64,000 bases of DNA, taken from the sequence record MW845758.1; one strand, given 5' to 3'. The translations under genes and the position numbers were made by a program. Every line of letters starts with the position of its first letter. The first letter of the stretch is position 1. Under the pieces are notes generated by a model, which did no database searches, was not told where the DNA came from, and saw nothing but the letters and a program-made list of their open reading frames with translations. Positions 1-9,576 of this stretch are shown in pieces.

Positions 1-25
1 CTGGCAGGAGGGTTGTGGCTAAGCC

Positions 26-859
26 ATGGCCTTTGGAAACCTTAACCGAGTTAACGCGATGTCTATTACCTCCAAAGAGAATCTGCTAAAACTCATCAAC
101 GACGAATGCGAGATTCAACCCCCGCTCACGTTTACCGACGTTGATATTTCTCTGCCGGAAGTGGTGTCAGTCGATGGTCGCGATTCAAGTGTGGTGTTAA
201 CGTCCAAGTTAAAGGATGACGAAGGGTCTGAAGTCGAGGTCTTTTATCATCGCCGTCCTTTACCGGATTATATCAAAGACAACAACACCTTTGGTGACGA
301 AGATATCCTTTCTGCTCACGATATCCTACTCGCCATCAACGAACGCTTCGGCCTCAACATTCTTCCTGAAGATTTGGAAGATACGCCGCGCTCCGGCAAT
401 GCAATGACGTTGACAGCAGAACCTCTCTCCCACGAGTGGCGGGGTAATGTTGTCATTGAACTCAAACCGGCTGTTCAACTGAACACCGTTCTCACCGCAA
501 CACAACTCGACGGCTTACTCTATCCTGACCATCAGGGAGCTTTAGACGTGGGCCAAGCCTACATCTATTCCCGTGACATTGATTTCAGCCATGTGAAGAA
601 ATTCCTGAACTTACTGGCGGTTGGCGTAGATTTAGACGACACGGCTTTGGCTGAGCAGGTTAATAAGTGCGTACCGGAACTGTGGGTGTCTCAAGATGCT
701 CCAGCACCGTACAACCTGCGTGATGCGTCTGTGGTGTTTGTGGGTGAACCGAAAGACTTGGTGGGTGCGAATACCGCCTATAGCCAAGTGGTCTCGATTC
801 GCCTCTCTGACAAGTGCACCAATTTCCAAGGTGTGCTGAATCTCCACTTTAACAACTAA
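26..859 (+). CDS. Virion structural paralog, class X (copy 1)
   Basis: 277-aa ORF; paralog alignment favours the ATG at 59 (MSITSKENLL). Has the shared N-domain (IN..E, Y.R, N..FGLNI) and TQLDGLLYPD..GQAYIYS, and ends NFQG.LNLHFN like 2579..3496. Confidence 0.85.
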   Translation: MAFGNLNRVNAMSITSKENLLKLINDECEIQPPLTFTDVDISLPEVVSVDGRDSSVVLTSKLKDDEGSEVEVFYHRRPLPDYIKDNNTFGDEDILSAHDILLAINERFGLNILPEDLEDTPRSGNAMTLTAEPLSHEWRGNVVIELKPAVQLNTVLTATQLDGLLYPDHQGALDVGQAYIYSRDIDFSHVKKFLNLLAVGVDLDDTALAEQVNKCVPELWVSQDAPAPYNLRDASVVFVGEPKDLVGANTAYSQVVSIRLSDKCTNFQGVLNLHFNN

Positions 860-870
860 GGGGGGTATAG

Positions 871-1704
871 ATGTCTATTTACGATAAGCCCTCTGCAGAG
901 ATGTTGTTAGAGAGCATTAACCGTGAGAACAACACGAGCTTAACGTGGGACCAGATTGCTGCGGGCTACCCGGAGAAAATCACCACCCCGCTCGCGCCGC
1001 GTGATACCCGTGTGTTAATCTACGGATTAAACGGACAGGGTTATAAAGGCAACGTGACTATCGAATACAACCGTATCGATACGGCTGTGTTGTTCCGTAA
1101 CATTGTACCGTTTGTCACCACGAACCCGGTGGCAAAGCTTTCAGACTTGTTACCGTTCCTCAATAAGACGTACGGTCTCAGTTTGACAGCCGATGACATC
1201 GAAGACCAATCGGTTGCAGGACTCGGGGACAGCTTCACCTTAACCGTGAAAGTGAAACCGGGTTGTCTGGCATGGCAAACGGACTTTGCATTACGCTTCG
1301 CCAAGTTCTTACCGAATTTGCGTGATGTGGTAACAGATGTGGATTTGTCAGCGATTGTGGCTCCGTTCACAGTTGGGGATAAACCGCGTGTGGAGTACGT
1401 GGCTTACGGTTACGACTGGACAGAGTTGGTGGACACGTTCACCAAAGACTGGACGACCAACCGTGTGTTAACGTCTGCTGATGTTGACATGTTAAATGCT
1501 GTGGTGCCATTGAAGTTTGTGTTTGCAACGGGGGCGAATGCACAGGCGGGTCAAATCGCTTTGCAGAACGCACGTATGGGTGGGTCGGTGGCGATAACGC
1601 CGGGTGACCGTTACGACCAAGGTTACACTCGGGCTTTCCTGATTAATCTTGGCACGGACAGTAACTACACCGGTACCCTGATTCTTCACTATACGCCGAA
1701 ATAG
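871..1704 (+). CDS. Virion structural paralog, class Y (copy 1)
   Basis: RBS GGGGG; RDTRV..GLNGQGYKG..YNRID, LNKTYGLSL, AYGYDW, ends GTLILHY. Confidence 0.85.
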   Translation: MSIYDKPSAEMLLESINRENNTSLTWDQIAAGYPEKITTPLAPRDTRVLIYGLNGQGYKGNVTIEYNRIDTAVLFRNIVPFVTTNPVAKLSDLLPFLNKTYGLSLTADDIEDQSVAGLGDSFTLTVKVKPGCLAWQTDFALRFAKFLPNLRDVVTDVDLSAIVAPFTVGDKPRVEYVAYGYDWTELVDTFTKDWTTNRVLTSADVDMLNAVVPLKFVFATGANAQAGQIALQNARMGGSVAITPGDRYDQGYTRAFLINLGTDSNYTGTLILHYTPK

Positions 1705-1712
1705 GGACCCGT

Positions 1713-2558
1713 ATGCCACTCTTAGCCACCGCAGAAAACATCATCTTAGCCGAGATCAATACCGAGAACTCTCTCGCGTTGAAAGTGGCCGATATGGTGT
1801 TTGGTATCCCCGCTATCCCGACATCCGATGAGGATATCGCCAAGGCCAATGGCCACAACAGCATGGTGCGTATTCAAGCGTTGGCCACAGCGCCTGCTAT
1901 TGGGTATACCACCGTGTATTACGACCGGGTAGATTTCGCCGAGGTCTTCACCGACTTAGACGGTATTCAACCCCTGCGCGTCCCTGCGCGTTTAGACAGT
2001 GTGTTCGTGTCGCACGACATCGTGCCACTCATTAACCAGTATTACGGTCTAAGCCTTAAAACCACTGACGTGGAATCGGCTAACATTGACCGTACCGATT
2101 GGACTGTGGTGCTAAAAGCTACCGCAACGTCACTCGGCTGGATTGGTGAGCGTGTGGTTCAGCTGCTGCCGGGTGATGCCCTGTTGCCGTCGAACTTTGA
2201 CCCGACGACTGTCACGCCGTACAGTTACCCCTACTTCAACACGAAGGTAGGGCAAGGTGCGATTTACTCGTACCCGTGGCGGTTTGATAATTACGCAGCA
2301 GAGTTGAAAGCCGGTGGGACAACACTCACCACAACGCGACTCGCCGCGATACTCAAAGCGGTCACTGGGGATGCTTGGTTGGTTTACCGCAGTCCCATTG
2401 ATTACAACCTCAAAGAGGCGATTATCTCGTACAACGGTAAGAACAGTTCGGACTACCCGACCAACCCGTCGGTAGACAACGTGCTTATCATCGATTTGTC
2501 GCTGTACTGTCTTAACCTTGGCGGTAAGTTGTATCTCCACTACAACGACCCTGACTAA
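1713..2558 (+). CDS. Virion structural paralog, class Z (copy 1)
   Basis: NSLALKVADMVF, YYDRV, LGWIG, YSYPWRFDNY, ILKAVTGDAW, ends GKLYLHYNDPD. Confidence 0.85.
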   Translation: MPLLATAENIILAEINTENSLALKVADMVFGIPAIPTSDEDIAKANGHNSMVRIQALATAPAIGYTTVYYDRVDFAEVFTDLDGIQPLRVPARLDSVFVSHDIVPLINQYYGLSLKTTDVESANIDRTDWTVVLKATATSLGWIGERVVQLLPGDALLPSNFDPTTVTPYSYPYFNTKVGQGAIYSYPWRFDNYAAELKAGGTTLTTTRLAAILKAVTGDAWLVYRSPIDYNLKEAIISYNGKNSSDYPTNPSVDNVLIIDLSLYCLNLGGKLYLHYNDPD

Positions 2559-2578
2559 TCCCGATAAAGGAAGTTAGA

Positions 2579-3496
2579 ATGAAACCTTTAAACAAAACCT
2601 CCGACCTGCTGGTTCTGGATTTCATCAACGAGCTGAACCCTGATGCAGAGTTGGAACTGTCGCAAGTTACGCTGGGCGACCCGGCGGTAAACGATGGGGA
2701 TGATGCAGACGACCGCAACTCCAAGATGACCGTGAAAGCGCGTAAGAACTCCGGCTATATCGGTGAGCAGGCAGTAACGTACAACCGTCTGGAAGGTTCT
2801 GCGCTGTTCCGTAACGTGACTGCGTATCTGGATGTGAAAGAGCCGAAGTCTACCACCGATCTGCTGGCGATGCTGAACACGCAGTACGGTCTGAATATCA
2901 CAGCAGACGACATCACCCCAACGGCTATCCCGGATGGCGTGAACGTGCCACCTACCGACCCAGAAGCGGCTGACCCGGTTCCAGTTGACCACGACATTGT
3001 GTTCACCGACGAGTGCTACGCGTTCCTCGGTAAGATTGCCGTGAAGATTGGTGCTAAGCCACAGGTTGGTGAGCGTCTGTCTCTGGTCATCACCAAAACT
3101 CAGCTGGACGGTCTGCAGTATCCAGACGAGAAGTCTGATACCAAAGGTCAGGCGTACATCTACTCTTACGGCGTAGATTGCACCGCGATTGCCGCGTTCC
3201 TGAAAGTGCAGGCTGAAGGTACACTGGCAGCTGACTCTGCGTTCGCGTCTGAGCTGAACAAAGTGGTTCCTGAACTGTGGGTTGATAAAGACACCGCAGA
3301 AGACTACAACGTTCACGAAGCCGAAGTCACCTATAACGGTAACACCGTGAATCAGGTCTCTGATGGCAACGGCGGTACCAAAGATGAAGCGGTTGAAGGT
3401 GCCAACACCGAATACAACAGCATCCTGAAACTGAAGCTGAGCGATACCCTGTGCTCAAACTTCCAAGGCGAGCTGTTCCTGCACTACAACGCCTAA
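2579..3496 (+). CDS. Virion structural paralog, class X (copy 2)
   Basis: TQLDGLQYPD..GQAYIYS, LNKVVPELWV, CSNFQGELFLHYN; visibly biased codon usage (CTG/AAC/GGT) suggests high expression. Confidence 0.88.
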   Translation: MKPLNKTSDLLVLDFINELNPDAELELSQVTLGDPAVNDGDDADDRNSKMTVKARKNSGYIGEQAVTYNRLEGSALFRNVTAYLDVKEPKSTTDLLAMLNTQYGLNITADDITPTAIPDGVNVPPTDPEAADPVPVDHDIVFTDECYAFLGKIAVKIGAKPQVGERLSLVITKTQLDGLQYPDEKSDTKGQAYIYSYGVDCTAIAAFLKVQAEGTLAADSAFASELNKVVPELWVDKDTAEDYNVHEAEVTYNGNTVNQVSDGNGGTKDEAVEGANTEYNSILKLKLSDTLCSNFQGELFLHYNA

Positions 3497-3507
3497 TGGC
3501 TGCGCTG

Positions 3508-3545
3508 GGGGGAGGGCGACCTCCCTCTGGCCTTCCTTTCTTTAT
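3508..3545 (+). terminator. Probable intrinsic terminator
   Basis: Stem GGGAGG (3510-3515), GCGA loop, CCTCCC (3520-3525), then a pyrimidine/T-rich tail. Confidence 0.6.
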
Positions 3546-3564
3546 TTAAGCCGAGGAGGCTATT

Positions 3565-4401
3565 ATGGCGTTATATAGTCTGTCTCAGCGACAATTCCTG
3601 TTCGATGCGATTAACGCGGAGAGTCCCGGTGCTATTGCCCCTCTGGGGTTAGACAATGCACTGATTGGCGCACCAAAAGCAATTGCGGTGACAGCCTCAG
3701 GTGCGAACACCGAGATTATCATTCGTGGTCGTCAAGGGCGTGGGTACACGGGTGCACAAACTTTCCGTTATCAACGCTTGTCGCTGAACGACTTGTTCAA
3801 AAACATCGTCCCGCAAGTGACTGCCCCGAACGCGTATGGTTATTTGTACACTGACGCGAAGAAACTGGCATTTGCACAGAACGTTAATGGGCGTTATGGA
3901 CTGAACCTCGAAGCAGCGGATATTCCGGACCAGTACATTTACCTGAATGTGAAGAACACACTCACGGTGAAGAGTACCTGTATCCAGTACACCGGTGCTA
4001 TCACGTTTATGTCCATCAAAGGCAAAAACAACCTCGAAGAGTTGGTGGTCAACGACATCTTAGATGAACTCAACCACCCAAGCGATCCAAAGCTCGACCG
4101 TAAGTGTGCCGAGATGCTGAGCTATGGGTTGGACTTCTCAGATGAGCTCCAGTTGATGGAGTCGTTTGTGAATGGACGTTTGGACATCGGGGTGAACTTT
4201 ACCAGTGGGGCGACAGTCGCGCTGTTGCAGATGTTCGCCGGACGTGGATTGCCGCAGTTTGACTACACCAAAACCACTGTGAAACGTATTGCTTCATCGG
4301 CAGATAGCCGCACTAACGGAATCTCCGATAAAGTGCTGATTATCTCCGGGATGAATGACCCGCAGGTGGCCGGTGACTGGTTGCTGCATTACAACATTTA
4401 G
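3565..4401 (+). CDS. Virion structural paralog, class Y (copy 2)
   Basis: RBS GAGGAGG; GRQGRGYTG..YQRL, VNGRYGLNL, LSYGLDF, ends WLLHYNI. Confidence 0.85.
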   Translation: MALYSLSQRQFLFDAINAESPGAIAPLGLDNALIGAPKAIAVTASGANTEIIIRGRQGRGYTGAQTFRYQRLSLNDLFKNIVPQVTAPNAYGYLYTDAKKLAFAQNVNGRYGLNLEAADIPDQYIYLNVKNTLTVKSTCIQYTGAITFMSIKGKNNLEELVVNDILDELNHPSDPKLDRKCAEMLSYGLDFSDELQLMESFVNGRLDIGVNFTSGATVALLQMFAGRGLPQFDYTKTTVKRIASSADSRTNGISDKVLIISGMNDPQVAGDWLLHYNI

Positions 4402-4412
4402 GAATAAAGCGA

Positions 4413-5300
4413 ATGGCACTCTATCAACCATCTAAGGACGTCCTGCTGGCCGCCATTGATGCAGCAAACTCGCTGACCATCAAACAGACGGATATCGTCT
4501 ACAGTGCGCCGAAGGACATCACAGGTACCGACAAGGCTACCTCCACCAAACGTAACACCCAGATTAAAATCACCGCAGACGGTGTGACGGGTTCAACGTG
4601 GTCGGGCAAAAAGACCATCTATTACAACCGTATGCTGATTCAGGACTTGGTGGTCTTAATCGGTGACACGTTGCAGATTGGTCCGTCTAACGATACGCTT
4701 TACGAAGCGATTGTGGGCTTGAACCAACGTTACGGCTTCGTGTTCGAACAAGCCGATTTACTGGATGCGGAAATCCTCTGGGATACCGACCACCTGACGG
4801 GTACGCTGGTAGTAAAAGCGAACCCGACGTCTGTGGGTTGGTTTGGCCAGTACAACTTCAAAGTTAAACGTGGCGATGAAACACTGGTGTCCACTGTGAG
4901 CACCACGGTGCTGACTGGTCTGAAATACCCGAACGGTCAGATGGGTTCCGAAACCGTGTCTGGTATCATGGCACAGGTCTACTCGTATCCGTTCAACTTC
5001 ACGGCGTACCGCGACACCTTACTGGCGTTCGCGACCGGTGGACTGACAGGCACACCGCTAACCACGATGGTGAACTTGCTGAAAGCCATCACAGGCAACG
5101 CATGGGTCGCCACCACGGCTTCCTCGTGGGGTCTGGCTGGAGCCGAAGTTATCAGCGTAGGTCTGAACGATGCTGTCACGTATCCGACCAACAGCAAGTA
5201 CAAATACGTGCTTGTGTTGAAACTGCCAGCAACCACCACCAACGTTGTGGGTACCATGTATCTGCAGTTCAATGACCAGGACGATCCAAACGAGGTGTAA
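4413..5300 (+). CDS. Virion structural paralog, class Z (copy 2)
   Basis: NSLTIKQTDIVY, YYNRM, VGWFG, YSYPFNFTAY, LLKAITGNAW, ends GTMYLQFNDQD; matches 1713..2558. Confidence 0.85.
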   Translation: MALYQPSKDVLLAAIDAANSLTIKQTDIVYSAPKDITGTDKATSTKRNTQIKITADGVTGSTWSGKKTIYYNRMLIQDLVVLIGDTLQIGPSNDTLYEAIVGLNQRYGFVFEQADLLDAEILWDTDHLTGTLVVKANPTSVGWFGQYNFKVKRGDETLVSTVSTTVLTGLKYPNGQMGSETVSGIMAQVYSYPFNFTAYRDTLLAFATGGLTGTPLTTMVNLLKAITGNAWVATTASSWGLAGAEVISVGLNDAVTYPTNSKYKYVLVLKLPATTTNVVGTMYLQFNDQDDPNEV

Positions 5301-5303
5301 TCC

Positions 5304-6131
5304 ATGCTCAACTATGCAAAGCCCTCGAGTGAACTGGTATTCGACCTGATCAACCGAGATAACCCCGGGTTACCGATTGTGGTGAACAGCTCGAACGTCA
5401 TCGTGGAAAGTATTACCGCGGTGCCGAACAATGCTGCGAACAACTTCCGTAACACCAAAGCCCGTCTGCGCGGTCAGCAGGGTTCCGGTTTCCGTGACCA
5501 GATTTGGGTCTACTACGACCGTATCGACATCAACAAACTGTTACCGTGGGGCAACTCCACGTACTCAGCGTTTGTCACGTTTACCGCACCGAATATCCAT
5601 GGCGCGTTGGCCGTTATCTTTGATACCTACGGTGTAAACTGGGGTACCATGGATTTACTCAACAACGCACTGGGTGGTGTGGGTGTTCCAAACAACTCAG
5701 GCAACGTGTACTTCCAATGCCAGCCGACTTCACCAGCGTATATCGGTACGGTGCTGATGCGTTACAGTCGTGGTCTGCCTGTGCTTGACACGTCGGTTAC
5801 TGTGGATGTGGTGAATGCGATTAACCTGCCGGTTGACCCAACGCTGAACCAGAAGTGTATCGACATGCTGACCTACGGCATCGACTTCACTGCGTACAAA
5901 AACTTGCTTACCGTGGACAGCTCGGGCTTACCACAGTGGGCGGGTCTGCGTAAGGTAATGGATGACTTAGGGGTACCGGCTTACTCGGCTCCTCTGAACT
6001 CCAACACCGTGCAGGACGTTGCGACATCGACCGCACAGTTTGCCAACAAGGACTACGACCGAGTAGTCATCCAGACTGGCATCGACGAGGCTGGGGTGAA
6101 GGGCAACGCCTATTACCACTACAACAGCTAA
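5304..6131 (+). CDS. Virion structural paralog, class Y (copy 3)
   Basis: INRDNPGL, RNTK..GQQGSGF..YYDRID, LTYGIDF, ends AYYHYNS. Confidence 0.85.
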   Translation: MLNYAKPSSELVFDLINRDNPGLPIVVNSSNVIVESITAVPNNAANNFRNTKARLRGQQGSGFRDQIWVYYDRIDINKLLPWGNSTYSAFVTFTAPNIHGALAVIFDTYGVNWGTMDLLNNALGGVGVPNNSGNVYFQCQPTSPAYIGTVLMRYSRGLPVLDTSVTVDVVNAINLPVDPTLNQKCIDMLTYGIDFTAYKNLLTVDSSGLPQWAGLRKVMDDLGVPAYSAPLNSNTVQDVATSTAQFANKDYDRVVIQTGIDEAGVKGNAYYHYNS

Positions 6132-6134
6132 TTC

Positions 6135-6161
6135 AAGGCCCTTCGGGGCCTTTTCTTTTTT
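6135..6161 (+). terminator. Intrinsic terminator
   Basis: AAGGCCC-TTCG-GGGCCTT followed by TTCTTTTTT. Confidence 0.85.
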
Positions 6162-6183
6162 GATAGCGGTCAGGAGTTGAGTT

Positions 6184-7605
6184 ATGTCCTTCTATTCAAA
6201 GGCAGCGTTGCAGCTGATTTACGATCAGGTGAACCGGGATAACCCGGGACTCCCAGTACCGCTGTCCGCGAGTAACGCCGCCTTATCCAAAACCCCCGTG
6301 GCTGTGAATACCACAACCTACGGTCGTAACACCCGCGTGGAGTTCACCGCATTTCCCGGTTCGGGGCTGCAAGGCTCCATTACGTTGTACTACGACCGAG
6401 TAAGTTTGTCGAAACTTTACAGCCTTATACCGACCGTGTATTTGTCGGCAACCGTTACCACGCAACAAGCGGCTTTAACCGCGCTCAATGACGCACTGGG
6501 GCTGAGTTTAACCGCAGACGACCTGAGCACCCCAACGGCTGCGATTGCCGCACCGTCCACGGGATTACAGGCAGCAACGTTTGTGATAAAGACCACGTCG
6601 CCGGCGTACCTTGACCAGATAGTCTTTAACTACCAGATTAAATCCTCTGGCTTTTATCCGAGCTCGGGTCCGGGACCGAAGAACTTGCTCGTGGGTGATA
6701 AACTCATGGGGTATTTCGGTACTGTTGATACCACGGATTTGTTCTCGCATCAGGAATTCCTTACTGCGGCGTTGCTAAAAGGCACTACTGCAACACGCTA
6801 CACCGGAACAGAGGGATGGCACAAGTTCTATTACAATAGCGCCATCCTCTATTCCCCTATCACCCCGGTTGCAAGTAATATCAGCTGGGCATCGATTTAC
6901 AACGAAGGGTTGGTATTCGGCACAGATGACACGGGTAAATACCCAGTCACTGCAACACCGGTAAATCAATTACGCATCCTCGGTCGTGACTCCGCGATGG
7001 AAGGGAAGTTCTACTACAAGGTACGCTTACCGAGTTGTGGTGCTGACCCCTTCACACAGGCAACCAGTCTGGGGTCGGGTGACTACGCAGGCAGTGAAGC
7101 CCAGATGATCAGTTTCCTCAACTCCGGCAAGTGGGGTAAACTCACAGGGGCGTGGTGGACAAACTGGTGTATCTACAAAAACTCCGTTTCTAATAACCCA
7201 ACCACCCAGAACAAACTGGGAACTCCGAATATGGCGAGTTGGGCGAACAATGCCAAAACAGCGGCAGACGCGGGGTATTACTGGTGGCCGATTCTGGAAT
7301 TGGTCGACACGAGTAGCACAGTGCTTGGACTGGAGAGTGTGTTCGGTCAGATGGATCGCACGATTACGCCGGTTGTGTATAACGTAGAGCAGCAGTTGCA
7401 GGTCTCTGTGTTGCAGCTGGGTCAACCGAAAACGCTTGACTTCCAACCAATACCGTACAGCACTGAACAGTCTCTGTACGTGAAGCCACTTGTTCCGGGA
7501 CAACCGAAGACAATTGATTTCCGTCCGATTCCGTTTAAGGTCGAGATTTACACCCCGTCGAAAGTTGATTTGTCCAACACTAACGGTGATTTGGATGATT
7601 TCTAA
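6184..7605 (+). CDS. Tail-appendage cassette 1, subunit A (paralog N-domain + GPG/GYFG domain + C-terminal motif)
   Basis: VNRDNPGL/RNTRV/YYDRV N-domain; GPGPKNLLVGDKLMGYFG; WWPILELV; ends KVDLSNTNGDLDDF. Confidence 0.8.
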   Translation: MSFYSKAALQLIYDQVNRDNPGLPVPLSASNAALSKTPVAVNTTTYGRNTRVEFTAFPGSGLQGSITLYYDRVSLSKLYSLIPTVYLSATVTTQQAALTALNDALGLSLTADDLSTPTAAIAAPSTGLQAATFVIKTTSPAYLDQIVFNYQIKSSGFYPSSGPGPKNLLVGDKLMGYFGTVDTTDLFSHQEFLTAALLKGTTATRYTGTEGWHKFYYNSAILYSPITPVASNISWASIYNEGLVFGTDDTGKYPVTATPVNQLRILGRDSAMEGKFYYKVRLPSCGADPFTQATSLGSGDYAGSEAQMISFLNSGKWGKLTGAWWTNWCIYKNSVSNNPTTQNKLGTPNMASWANNAKTAADAGYYWWPILELVDTSSTVLGLESVFGQMDRTITPVVYNVEQQLQVSVLQLGQPKTLDFQPIPYSTEQSLYVKPLVPGQPKTIDFRPIPFKVEIYTPSKVDLSNTNGDLDDF

Positions 7606-7618
7606 TTGAGGTATTAAC

Positions 7619-8620
7619 ATGTCTTTTACACTACGTTGGAATAACCCCAACACCATCGCGACGGTGGTCAACATCTATCGCGACACCAAGGACATCTCAC
7701 CGAGTGCTTTACCTGCACCCCTCGCAACACTCAGTAACGGCGAAACGGAATACCGCGATACCACCGCAGTGTCAGGACAAACGTACTATTACCTGACAAC
7801 CGTCACCGCTAACGGGAAAATCGTCGCCACAGCTAGTCAGAAATACACAGTCGCTGTGCGTCGTGGTATCGGTCCGAACACCCTGATCAGCGGCGACGAC
7901 CGTTTGGGCTTCTATGGCGCAGTGGCTACTGAAGATCAGTGGTACGGCAGCCAGCTCCCGGCCGGGTTCTTGGCAATGTTCCCGACTGCCTTTGCAACGA
8001 CCGATCGTGTGCCGCTGAATAAGTTCACTCGCGGTGGGAAAATCTTCTACATGCTCACCAGTATCAGTCCGGGATGGGCCACGTGGGCTGACCTTTACCG
8101 TAATGGACTGGTGTATGGCACAGGTGACTTTGGACCAACAGGTGGTCACGGCACGTTAACAGATACGTTGCAAGATGCGAAGATTATCTCGCAAAATGAA
8201 ACGTATCGCATGCGTCTAGTACGCGGACTGTCTTCAGCATCGGCTTCCCCGGCGTTTGCGTTTAATGAGGCGTATAACGCTAAGACCCACGACGAGACAG
8301 ACTTGACTGCGTTCAACGAATATAACGATTTGTTCTACCCGATTGTTGTTGATGTACCGAACAAACAACGGGTACCGAACGTGTCTCAGTTGGCGACGAC
8401 GTATCTGGGCTTTAACGGTTCTGCGTCTGGACAGCCTTATACCAACGGTGGGGTTGTCTGCATGGAGCACGATACCGCGCAAGACCGTGTGATGCATCGT
8501 GGGTTACAAACCCCACTTACCGTGGCACAGTTACCCGCCGTACAGGCAATGCAACGTATCACTTACAGCGCACCAACCCAGCAGGGGCGTTACATCCCCA
8601 TCATTGAATTGGTAGAGTAA
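7619..8620 (+). CDS. Tail-appendage cassette 1, subunit B (FnIII/Ig-like + GPG domain)
   Basis: FTLRWNN..VNIYR..Y.D....GQTYYY (FnIII-like); GIGPNTLISGDDRLGFYG; ends YIPIIELVE. Confidence 0.8.
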   Translation: MSFTLRWNNPNTIATVVNIYRDTKDISPSALPAPLATLSNGETEYRDTTAVSGQTYYYLTTVTANGKIVATASQKYTVAVRRGIGPNTLISGDDRLGFYGAVATEDQWYGSQLPAGFLAMFPTAFATTDRVPLNKFTRGGKIFYMLTSISPGWATWADLYRNGLVYGTGDFGPTGGHGTLTDTLQDAKIISQNETYRMRLVRGLSSASASPAFAFNEAYNAKTHDETDLTAFNEYNDLFYPIVVDVPNKQRVPNVSQLATTYLGFNGSASGQPYTNGGVVCMEHDTAQDRVMHRGLQTPLTVAQLPAVQAMQRITYSAPTQQGRYIPIIELVE

Positions 8621-8629
8621 GGAGCAGTC

Positions 8630-9565
8630 ATGACCATTCGTGTAAGTTGGCCTTCACAGGCTGACAAGGCATTGACGTCCATTGAAATCTACCGAAAGGT
8701 GGGGCACAGTGCGACCATCGATGTAAACAATCCCGGTACCCCAATCGCAACGGTCGCAGGGACTGCGACACAGTACGTAGAGGATGTGGCGAATCTCACG
8801 GAGAAAACCGTCTACACGTATTGGGTAGCTGCGGTTAAAGGGACAGAACGTCTGTTCAGTGCTCCCATCGTTCAGGGGTTTTATCTGGACACCGGTCCCG
8901 GTCCTCAGAAACTGCTGATGGGCGACTGGTACGCAGGCTACTTTGGTTTTGTCTCCACCACCGACTTCGCGTCGCGTGACGACATCATCGGTGCCTCGGG
9001 CGGACTGACTGCCGCACAAATTGCGATGTTCAATGCGAGTGGCTTTACCGGCTGGTACAAGTTCGTGTTTAAAGGGCGTATCCTTTTCTTCCCGAATAAA
9101 GCCACCGGCTACAACACGATTCACCAGACATATAACGCCGGACTGGTGTACGGGGTCGATGGGAACGGTTCAATCGTTCCTACCAGTGGTGTAGCAACGG
9201 CGCAAAATGCAATGTTCACCAAAAACGGTTATCGGTATCGTGTGCGTCTGCCGTACTACACGGATTATGACAAAACAAACGGAACCGATTACGACAGTGG
9301 TGAATGGCGTAATACGATGGCGAGGATGTTCGCAACAACGTACAACTTCTCCACTACCGACCAAGGTAAGTTTGCCTCTCAACCAATATTGACTACAGGC
9401 AGTAGCGGTTCCCCGGCAGACCCGGGTTCTTCGGCGATGGCACCGCTGTACGGAACCACCACTACCATGCACAACTACGGCTACAACCCAACCGCCATCA
9501 CGTACGACAGCAATGCCAGCTACACATGGTACATGTTCTTTGTGTTTGAGTTGGTTCTGCCTTAA
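8630..9565 (+). CDS. Tail-appendage cassette 1, subunit C (FnIII/Ig-like + GPG domain)
   Basis: IRVSWPSQ..IEIYR..YTYWV; TGPGPQKLLMGDWYAGYFG; ends FELVLP. Confidence 0.8.
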   Translation: MTIRVSWPSQADKALTSIEIYRKVGHSATIDVNNPGTPIATVAGTATQYVEDVANLTEKTVYTYWVAAVKGTERLFSAPIVQGFYLDTGPGPQKLLMGDWYAGYFGFVSTTDFASRDDIIGASGGLTAAQIAMFNASGFTGWYKFVFKGRILFFPNKATGYNTIHQTYNAGLVYGVDGNGSIVPTSGVATAQNAMFTKNGYRYRVRLPYYTDYDKTNGTDYDSGEWRNTMARMFATTYNFSTTDQGKFASQPILTTGSSGSPADPGSSAMAPLYGTTTTMHNYGYNPTAITYDSNASYTWYMFFVFELVLP

Positions 9566-9576
9566 CGGAGTAAATC

